From IMG/VR virus record IMGVR_UViG_3300009103_000004, positions 103,190 to 167,189 of that record: DNA of 64,000 nucleotides; one strand, 5' to 3'. The DNA comes from a virus. Both the position numbers and the translations under genes were made by a program. The first letter of the stretch is position 1; each line of letters starts with the position of its first letter. Below the pieces are notes generated by a model. The model did not search any database. It was not told the DNA's origin and saw only the letters and a list, made by a program, of their open reading frames with translations. Below are positions 1 to 6,702 of this stretch, piece after piece.

Positions 1-36
1 TTGTCAGTACCCATATTGTGTTTTGTTTCATTGTAT

Positions 37-561
37 TTAGTGAATGTGAAAAGCCCCTAAACGTAGGAAGCTTATGAATTTACGTATGTAGTCTTTACTC
101 TCTTTCCCTGAAAACTCAATAGCCAACGCATGTTGAGCACCTGAAATTACTCCAGATCTATGTTTTTTATACTTCTCGTTATCTTTACCCAAACTAACAG
201 AACCATCTTTGTTGGCCCCGGGTATTGGGACCTCAAAATCCGGTATATCATCTAGGGCGTCTTCCAAAGCCTTTGCCATATTACTGGCATCTTTCTCAGT
301 TACAACCTGTCCGCTGTTACTGTCATAGTGACCATCCCAGTCTACAACCTCCTTACAATGTATGGCGTAATCCTCATCTGATATGTCATGCTCCTTAGCC
401 TCTTCTTCAGACATCGCCAATACCTCTGTTCCTAATGGTTTCCAACCATACTTTGCTGCCAGCACTAAAATAGGTGACCACCCCCATATGTTCCAACGGA
501 AGTAGTTATCATCCTCTTTATCTGACTTAGACTCATCTACTGTATATAGGTCATACCCCAT
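37..561 (-). CDS. hypothetical phage protein (probable start MGYDLY)
   Basis: ORF 37..633; the ATG at 561 follows an AAGGAG-like site; no recognisable family. Confidence 0.6.
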   Translation of the reverse strand: MGYDLYTVDESKSDKEDDNYFRWNIWGWSPILVLAAKYGWKPLGTEVLAMSEEEAKEHDISDEDYAIHCKEVVDWDGHYDSNSGQVVTEKDASNMAKALEDALDDIPDFEVPIPGANKDGSVSLGKDNEKYKKHRSGVISGAQHALAIEFSGKESKDYIRKFISFLRLGAFHIH

Positions 562-637
562 ATTATGCAATTTCTCCTTCTTATGTGTTATGTGTTTATG
601 AAGAACAATATATCTACTAACTAAAAACAACAAAACT

Positions 638-1126
638 ATGAAAACTATAAATATAATATTCTTCTCTTTGTTTCTTATAACAAACGCTTTGGTGGCAAAA
701 CCAACAACCTTTCTGACAGAGATAAACGATCACGCAAGTGAACCGGATCTCAGAAAGAAAATCGTTGGATACCGCGACTTAGGCGTGTCTGGTAATAATC
801 GTTGTTTCTTGATAGCAACAAGCATTTCCGGATGGACCGCCTCAAAGGCACACCTCGCCATGGGCGTAAATCACCTACTCTTCGAGAAGGTTGAATTACG
901 TCTCGTAAATGGTAAATGGACCGTGCACAAACGGTGGTTCCACCCGGTAGTAAAGGGCCGTAAGACGCCTTATCTAAACTCTTCAATTTGGTACGCCGAC
1001 CTCACCGAGCATAACACCCTGAAGTTCAGGGATGATGCGAGGAAGTTGGTAACCGATTGGATGGACTATTTAAGGTTAGTCTACAACCCGATGCTAATTG
1101 CAATTGAAACAAGCAACGTAATATAA
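638..1126 (+). CDS. putative secreted protein
   Basis: N-terminus MKTINIIFFSLFLITNALVA resembles a Sec signal peptide; A-rich leader. Confidence 0.6.
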   Translation: MKTINIIFFSLFLITNALVAKPTTFLTEINDHASEPDLRKKIVGYRDLGVSGNNRCFLIATSISGWTASKAHLAMGVNHLLFEKVELRLVNGKWTVHKRWFHPVVKGRKTPYLNSSIWYADLTEHNTLKFRDDARKLVTDWMDYLRLVYNPMLIAIETSNVI

Positions 1127-1128
1127 CC

Positions 1129-1275
1129 ATGGACATATTCGAAACAAAACCGTGGCATAGCTTCCAATGGCATGATCATTTGTGGCTGCTAATACCAGCC
1201 ATAATATTATTAATGCCGTGGTGGGCGCCAAAGCTAAGCGACTTAATCTACTGGCTTAAAAACCGGAAGAGCTAG
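1129..1275 (+). CDS. small Trp-rich membrane protein (48 aa, not in ORF track)
   Basis: Hand-translated MDIFETKPWHSFQWHDHLWLLIPAIILLMPWWAPKLSDLIYWLKNRKS*; starts 3 nt after previous stop; followed by a hairpin. Confidence 0.55.
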   Translation: MDIFETKPWHSFQWHDHLWLLIPAIILLMPWWAPKLSDLIYWLKNRKS

Positions 1276-1339
1276 TCGCCAAACAAAGAGAAGGTCCTGA
1301 AAGGGGGTAAACAAATACACCTTCTCTTTTACCTAACAA

Positions 1340-1684
1340 CTAAGATTTTGATATGTTCTTGTTAAACTTAAGTAGCCCCGAATCAGTGATTACCTTGTCC
1401 ACTACGAGAGTCATGGTACTAAGTATGTCACCTTGTGCCTCTTGCTGCTTATCATTAATGTCAGCTTGAGCGCTAACAAAATTACTCATTGCAAGAGTTC
1501 CGATACCCAGCTCCTTGACTACAGTAGTCAGGGATTTGTTTAGGGTATCCATTTTTTTATCTATCTGCTCACTCAGCTGAACTTGACGCTCCATCAACTG
1601 GATCATCTGTTCCATCATCTGAGTGGGTCCCACTGTCTGTGGGTAGTTTATTACGTTCCCCGATTCGTCTGTTATTATTTCCAT
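1340..1684 (-). CDS. hypothetical coiled-coil protein
   Basis: ORF track; coupled to upstream ORF. Confidence 0.55.
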   Translation of the reverse strand: MEIITDESGNVINYPQTVGPTQMMEQMIQLMERQVQLSEQIDKKMDTLNKSLTTVVKELGIGTLAMSNFVSAQADINDKQQEAQGDILSTMTLVVDKVITDSGLLKFNKNISKS

Positions 1685-1808
1685 CTTCTTCTAGTATTGT
1701 TATTAATTTATCTAACCTGTCACTAATAGAATCTAGTGACTGTACCAATCTAGGTAGCGTTCCCTCGTAGAACTGAACGCCCCTGCTTGTTTCGTGGAAT
1801 TGAATCAT
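1569..1808 (-). CDS. hypothetical phage protein
   Basis: ORF track; starts just after the CCA end of the mini-tmRNA; 3' part overlaps next gene. Confidence 0.5.
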   Translation of the reverse strand: MIQFHETSRGVQFYEGTLPRLVQSLDSISDRLDKLITILEEDGNNNRRIGERNKLPTDSGTHSDDGTDDPVDGASSSAE

Positions 1809-1814
1809 AAAAAA

Positions 1815-1885
1815 TGGTGGAGGTGGGCAGATTCGAACTGCCGTACCATTATCGCACGGACAATGGTCGAAACCGATTCACCCCC
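1815..1885 (-). ncRNA. tmRNA tRNA-like-domain-only RNA (mini-tmRNA, no tag ORF)
   Basis: GGGGGTG AATCGGTTTCGA CCATTGTC CGTGC GATAATGG TAC GGCAG TTCGAAT CTGCC CACCTCC ACCA: 7-bp acceptor stem with G3.U70, A discriminator plus CCA, stemless D-loop ending TTCGA, P2a-like helix closed by 5-nt loop, canonical T-arm. Confidence 0.8.
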
Positions 1886-2253
1886 ACAATGTTAATAAGT
1901 TTAGCTCTTGTACGCCTAGCGTCCTCAAGCGCCCTGTTATAAGTTAGGCGTTTCTTACCAAGTTTCCAAACCCAACCTGTTGGGTGTTGCAAGTATGTTG
2001 CGCCATTCTCCCGAAATGTCCCTGCCCAAAACGGGAGGACAAAACATTTGGATAAGGATACCACCTCTTTGTGGTCTTCATACTTTCTCTTAAACCTAAG
2101 CTCTGGTGCCTTACAGGTACCGTCAGCTAGAAACTCTATAATCTCAACACCTAAGTCTACTCTTGGGTAATCACGTAGCTGCACGTGCCTGTACCTGCTT
2201 CCCACCGCTAATGATCTAGTCCCATCTACAATATTAATTATTTTATCATGCAT
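1849..2253 (-). CDS. hypothetical protein; 3' end overlaps the mini-tmRNA
   Basis: ORF with AAGGA upstream and promoter motif at 2305-2315. Confidence 0.55.
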   Translation of the reverse strand: MHDKIINIVDGTRSLAVGSRYRHVQLRDYPRVDLGVEIIEFLADGTCKAPELRFKRKYEDHKEVVSLSKCFVLPFWAGTFRENGATYLQHPTGWVWKLGKKRLTYNRALEDARRTRAKLINIVGVNRFRPLSVR

Positions 2254-2304
2254 CTTGTCCTTGTCTGATAGTTATACATATATGTAGGATAATCCCTACA
2301 ATTA

Positions 2305-2315
2305 TATATAACACA
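2305..2315 (-). promoter_or_regulatory. recurrent phage promoter-like motif TGTGTTATATA
   Basis: Same or near-identical 11-mer recurs upstream of minus-strand genes at about 10 other sites. Confidence 0.65.
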
Positions 2316-2382
2316 AGATGCTAATTAGTTCTACTGATTAATAGGTAAAAAAAATTATTTAAATTGGGACTAGGGCCCCCTT

Positions 2383-2994
2383 CTATTCATATCCCTTAAA
2401 ATCTGCAGGAGATAGTTTTCTTACAAGTTCCTTACCAGTAACCTTGTCCAAGTAAGTAACATTTGGAAAGCTTCCGGGTCCGAATGCATTGGATGATGTG
2501 GGTGTATGGCCCTCATCAACTAGCTTCAAAAAAGTTTTTCTAGCAGGGCCTTCGACATAAGTATTCGCAAAATCCTTCTGCCATTCGCCAAAATGCTTTC
2601 TACTCATAACGCCGGTCGCAACATTACCATATGACTTACCAAGCATTGGACCGCGCATTGCTGCTTTGGGGTCTTTTAAGTAGTCATCATAGGTGCTAAA
2701 AAATTTTCTCATCCCACTAGGATTAAGTCTCTTAGCCTCGTTATACCAAGGGTTAACAGGCTGTTCTTTGCTAACATTCCCTAGAGAGAGCGGTTTCTTT
2801 GGCATTTGCCCAACCTTAGGAACAGATCTCCTAACATTAGGAACAGGTCTTACAATAGCAGAAGATTCTGGATGTTTAAATGATTTTGGTATTGGAGGAG
2901 GAGCTACAGCTCGTGGCTTTAACTTGGGGCGTACCTTGGGCTTTATTCTGGGAACAGCTTCCTTAACCAGCCAATACTTTTCCTTGTTGGTCAT
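2383..2994 (-). CDS. NKEKY-tag family protein (basic, Pro-rich; putative internal virion protein)
   Basis: Starts MTNKEKYWLVKEA-VPRIKPKVRPK. Confidence 0.75.
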   Translation of the reverse strand: MTNKEKYWLVKEAVPRIKPKVRPKLKPRAVAPPPIPKSFKHPESSAIVRPVPNVRRSVPKVGQMPKKPLSLGNVSKEQPVNPWYNEAKRLNPSGMRKFFSTYDDYLKDPKAAMRGPMLGKSYGNVATGVMSRKHFGEWQKDFANTYVEGPARKTFLKLVDEGHTPTSSNAFGPGSFPNVTYLDKVTGKELVRKLSPADFKGYE

Positions 2995-3419
2995 CAACCA
3001 CCTGTGTAATGCGGAAATTGATTTCCAAGAAGTTTCTTTAGTTTCTCACTCTGAGCAGATGAGTCTAAAGTTCCCCAAGACCCAGTACCATATCTTTTAT
3101 TGTAGCTATCTATTGCAGAACGACCAGCAGCGTTGGCTCTATCCTGCTGCCACTTAGCTCTCCCGGTAAGTGGAGGAGGAGCGGGAGCTGGGATCGACAC
3201 GTTTACTGGAGGAACTGGAGGAGGAGATCCAACTGGTGGTTTTTTAGAAACATTACCGGGATTGTGTGGTACAGTTGGCTTAACTACCTTTCCCTTGGCG
3301 GGTGGTGCTATTTGAGCTCCACTGGCAGAATCAAATGTCCCATACGAATCAGAGTATGATCCAGACGTTGAGTTAGACTCAGCTAACTTTACTAAAAAAT
3401 ATTTCTCTTTATTGTTCAT
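2994..3419 (-). CDS. NKEKY-tag family protein
   Basis: Starts MNNKEKYFLVKLA; Pro/Ser-rich body. Confidence 0.75.
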   Translation of the reverse strand: MNNKEKYFLVKLAESNSTSGSYSDSYGTFDSASGAQIAPPAKGKVVKPTVPHNPGNVSKKPPVGSPPPVPPVNVSIPAPAPPPLTGRAKWQQDRANAAGRSAIDSYNKRYGTGSWGTLDSSAQSEKLKKLLGNQFPHYTGG

Positions 3420-3429
3420 AGTTATTTGT

Positions 3430-3738
3430 TCATTTCAGACCGCCAGAAGCAGCTAATATCCCGGCCAAGGCAGCAGGTATCATAGCAGCTTGGTAGGGGT
3501 TCATTTGAAATGGGTTTACGTATTCCCACCAGTTATCTCGTTTTCGCGTAGTAAAGAATCCATCTTCTCCCCGTTGTCTGATGTCTCTAACTTCCTTCTT
3601 ATATTCTGACATTGGCTCGCAATACGTACCATCTTCCTTTTCAACACACCAACGTTCAGGAACTTCTCTCTTGGGATCTGGTTCCTGAATCCCAAAAAAA
3701 GCTTCCTTAACCAGCCAATATTTCTCTTTGTTGTTCAT
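3430..3738 (-). CDS. NKEKY-tag family protein with hydrophobic C-terminus
   Basis: Starts MNNKEKYWLVKEA. Confidence 0.75.
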   Translation of the reverse strand: MNNKEKYWLVKEAFFGIQEPDPKREVPERWCVEKEDGTYCEPMSEYKKEVRDIRQRGEDGFFTTRKRDNWWEYVNPFQMNPYQAAMIPAALAGILAASGGLK

Positions 3739-3740
3739 GG

Positions 3741-4082
3741 TTACTCCTTTCCTTCCTCAGAATTAAGATATTCTAAATTAGCTATATCCTGTTCTGTAAG
3801 TTCTTCGCCTCTCTTTTTCTTAGCCTCTAGGTCTTTCTTTTGTTTTTTTGCTCTTCCGCCTAAAGGTCCCGTAGTATGAAGGGGAGCATAAGCACCTATT
3901 GACGCGCCAGGCATAAAAAGAGACATTAAAGTAGCGTAAGCCCGAACCTTATCCTTATTAAAAGGCTTGGCATTAGGTCCACGCATTCTAGCTACCAAGC
4001 CGGGGTGTTTGATGCCACGCTCTTCCCAGGATTTATATTCCTTTGCAGTTTTGAATAGAAAATATTTCTCTTTGTTACTCAT
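3741..4082 (-). CDS. NKEKY-tag family protein
   Basis: Starts MSNKEKYFLFKTA. Confidence 0.75.
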   Translation of the reverse strand: MSNKEKYFLFKTAKEYKSWEERGIKHPGLVARMRGPNAKPFNKDKVRAYATLMSLFMPGASIGAYAPLHTTGPLGGRAKKQKKDLEAKKKRGEELTEQDIANLEYLNSEEGKE

Positions 4083-4085
4083 CAG

Positions 4086-4631
4086 TTACATTATAGACGC
4101 TCGAAAAGCTTTCAACTTCTCGTTCGCAGTTTGCTCTCGTATCCATTCAAGATTCTTTCTCCGATGCTCTATATACTCTCTTCTCTCTTCTTCAGTAGGT
4201 GGCTCGTGTCCACGTCGTGCCCTCCAGTCATCAAGATCCTTGGTTTCAGAAATATTCTTTTCGTAAACCTCCAACAATCTACCCAAATCCTTCCTATCAA
4301 AACTAGGTGCGCCTACCCTTCCTTCCAAGAAATCATCTGGCGAATTATGAGTACCCTCAATCATACGATCCTCTAAAAGACGATTGACCAATTCTTTGTC
4401 GGTCTCCCCCCAAAACTTATACCAAGGCCGATCTTCCCCATGCATCATCTCATGCACCAAAGGACCTTCAGTCCCCTTATCCCCCAGCCATCCTGTTACG
4501 TTATACTTGTCAGCAGCATCTCCACCCTCAGTTAATCGAATGTCATCAGGAGTGAGCTCTCTATCGTATCCGGCAATACCCAAGCCCATACCAGCTAACT
4601 TAACCAAATAATATTTCTCTTTGTTATTCAT
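4086..4631 (-). CDS. NKEKY-tag family protein
   Basis: Starts MNNKEKYYLVKLA. Confidence 0.75.
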   Translation of the reverse strand: MNNKEKYYLVKLAGMGLGIAGYDRELTPDDIRLTEGGDAADKYNVTGWLGDKGTEGPLVHEMMHGEDRPWYKFWGETDKELVNRLLEDRMIEGTHNSPDDFLEGRVGAPSFDRKDLGRLLEVYEKNISETKDLDDWRARRGHEPPTEEERREYIEHRRKNLEWIREQTANEKLKAFRASIM

Positions 4632-4818
4632 TTTCTATTTTAATTAAAAAACAACCTATGTTCTTACTTAGCTGTGTAACTCGTTCCAGAGCTTCTTCTT
4701 TTTTCTTACCCCGCATTTTTTTAGCTTCCTCATAAAGGTCCAGTATAAAGTCATTAGTTATCTTATGTTTAACCACGCCAACTACTTTATCTTCCTTACT
4801 CAAGGTGACTGATTCCAT
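4624..4818 (-). CDS. small hypothetical protein (lacks the tag)
   Basis: Fills the gap between tag-family genes with overlapping start/stop. Confidence 0.6.
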   Translation of the reverse strand: MESVTLSKEDKVVGVVKHKITNDFILDLYEEAKKMRGKKKEEALERVTQLSKNIGCFLIKIENE

Positions 4819-5546
4819 TAAGGGTTATACTTACTAGAGGTACTAGGAGAATATATATCCCTAAGCGCACCAGACATAGGACCCTCTTCAGCCCAGCCTC
4901 GTTGGAACTCAAGGTCGTCAAGGTCGTCATAAACAGAACCAGGTCTTTTATTGCTCCTAGCCCAGGGAGGTGCGTCGTCGGATATGCCAGTCGGACGTTT
5001 ACCACTTAGAGACCTCTGATAATCTGCCCATCCTGGAGACATAGCAGTCGGTATGGGGTCGCCGGGCTTCCAGAGAGGTGGAGGGTCTTTGGGGAATACG
5101 GGTTTTTTGGGAGTCCGCTTAGTCTTAGGAGCACCAGTTATAGGACTAGTTCCTTTACTTCCTCCTGAAGGAGGACTTTTCCAAGTCGCCTGTGGGGTTC
5201 CAAATCTTTTAAGTTCCGTTTCATTCGGAAACCATTTTCTCATAAATAGCTCTCTTTGTTGTTCGAGAGGCGAATTTCCGCGTAATTCTCTATCGAGAGA
5301 CTTCGGCTTAGCTGTCACCTCTTTTTGTTTACCAGTTATAGGACTAGTTCCTTTACTTCCTCCTGAAGGATTTGTAACGGCTGCTGTTTGCTTGCCTGAT
5401 GGTGGCTTGGACTTAATAGGAAATACGTCTGTGTCCCTTGGGACTTGTATCGGCTTAGCTAAAACCTTGCTAGGCTTGGGCCTAACCTTAGGTCTAATCT
5501 TAGGTATAGCGTACTTAACCAAATAATATTTCTCTTTGTTGTTCAT
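4818..5546 (-). CDS. NKEKY-tag family protein
   Basis: Starts MNNKEKYYLVKYA-IPKIRPKVRPK; internal duplicated peptide PSGGSKGTSPITG. Confidence 0.75.
   Translation of the reverse strand: MNNKEKYYLVKYAIPKIRPKVRPKPSKVLAKPIQVPRDTDVFPIKSKPPSGKQTAAVTNPSGGSKGTSPITGKQKEVTAKPKSLDRELRGNSPLEQQRELFMRKWFPNETELKRFGTPQATWKSPPSGGSKGTSPITGAPKTKRTPKKPVFPKDPPPLWKPGDPIPTAMSPGWADYQRSLSGKRPTGISDDAPPWARSNKRPGSVYDDLDDLEFQRGWAEEGPMSGALRDIYSPSTSSKYNP
5133..5370. repeat. 40-bp perfect direct repeat (5133-5172 and 5331-5370)
   Basis: accagttataggactagttcctttacttcctcctgaagga occurs twice, in frame. Confidence 0.9.
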
Positions 5547-6154
5547 TTCCTTGGGGTCATGTTATAGCCTGTTATTTCTTCTTTGTTAGTGGTAAGATTC
5601 GTGTTAATTGGAGTCCCAGTTGCGTAAGTTCTCGTAGGAGCATTTCCAGTCATGGCAAAAGAACCTAACGCTTGTTGCCAAGGACTCTGCGCAGTACCTG
5701 GTTGGTTTGTAGTAATCTGATCCTTAGTTATATTGCCGTTCTGCATCACTGTCTCAGCACTAACATGTTCCCCGAACTGCTTGGCTTGATTGTTCATGCC
5801 TGGTGTAGGATTAGCAGATATTCTATCTCCCATAGTGTTCATGTCTGAGCCATATAAAGAAGTGGTAGCTTTGTTTTGCGCCCAAGTCTTGGCTCCTTGT
5901 GGTGCAAAACTATTCCACATGGTGCCCGCCATACCTACCAGTGGCTGGGCAACCGTATTGAACATAGCGCCAGCTTGCTGTCCAGCTTGCCCAGCTTGCT
6001 GTAATACGTTAGTTGGTTTTTCACTCATTACTCCTGCGGGAGGTCCTGAGAAAGCTGCACCTATCGAGCCTGCAGGATGTTTGAAAAAGTCTCCTACAGA
6101 ATAGTTCTGTTGGTTGGCTAACTTAGTTAAATATAATTTTTCTTTGTTGTTCAT
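5543..6154 (-). CDS. NKEKY-tag family protein (Gln/Gly/Thr-rich)
   Basis: Starts MNNKEKLYLTKLA. Confidence 0.75.
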   Translation of the reverse strand: MNNKEKLYLTKLANQQNYSVGDFFKHPAGSIGAAFSGPPAGVMSEKPTNVLQQAGQAGQQAGAMFNTVAQPLVGMAGTMWNSFAPQGAKTWAQNKATTSLYGSDMNTMGDRISANPTPGMNNQAKQFGEHVSAETVMQNGNITKDQITTNQPGTAQSPWQQALGSFAMTGNAPTRTYATGTPINTNLTTNKEEITGYNMTPRK

Positions 6155-6156
6155 AT

Positions 6157-6702
6157 TCATCGAGTACTGTTTTGATCCAAAGCACGAGAGTTAGGAAATG
6201 ATCTAGAATCCAGTTGACTTCCTACTACACCGCCAGCACCCATAGCAGCAGGAACAGCAAGAACAGAAGCGGGGATGCCGCCCTTTTGAGCTGCCTGTCC
6301 TGACAAACCTCCGCCAGATGGGTTAAACTTTAGCTCATCAACTACAGAACGAGGTATTACAGGAGCAGTTGTATCCATTTTCTTAGGTGCCTGCAGTTTA
6401 GGTCTGGGGGTTGAAGGCGAAGCTGCTGGCGGAGCTGCTGCTGGAGCTGGCCTCTTAGGCATGGGCATAACGTTTGGTGTCTCTCCCTTTGAAGGATTTG
6501 TAGCAGCTCCTGGTCTCCTACCACTAGAACGAAGATGTTCAAACGAATCTTTGTTCTCACGTACGCGTTTAAGATAATGCTCTAAATGAAGATCTCTATG
6601 ACCAAAGCGTGGGTCAGCCTTAGGCCTTGGGCGAGGATTTGGCCTAACCTTTAACCTAGGAACAGCTTCCTTAACTAAAAAATATTTCTCCTTATTATTC
6701 AT
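6157..6702 (-). CDS. NKEKY-tag family protein
   Basis: Starts MNNKEKYFLVKEA-VPRLKVRP. Confidence 0.75.
   Translation of the reverse strand: MNNKEKYFLVKEAVPRLKVRPNPRPRPKADPRFGHRDLHLEHYLKRVRENKDSFEHLRSSGRRPGAATNPSKGETPNVMPMPKRPAPAAAPPAASPSTPRPKLQAPKKMDTTAPVIPRSVVDELKFNPSGGGLSGQAAQKGGIPASVLAVPAAMGAGGVVGSQLDSRSFPNSRALDQNSTR

Noticed and set aside
1815-1845. attP-type 3' fragment of a tRNA/tmRNA gene
   Set aside because: The matching 5' strand, D-loop and paired P2a stem are also present, and no integrase is seen in the window.
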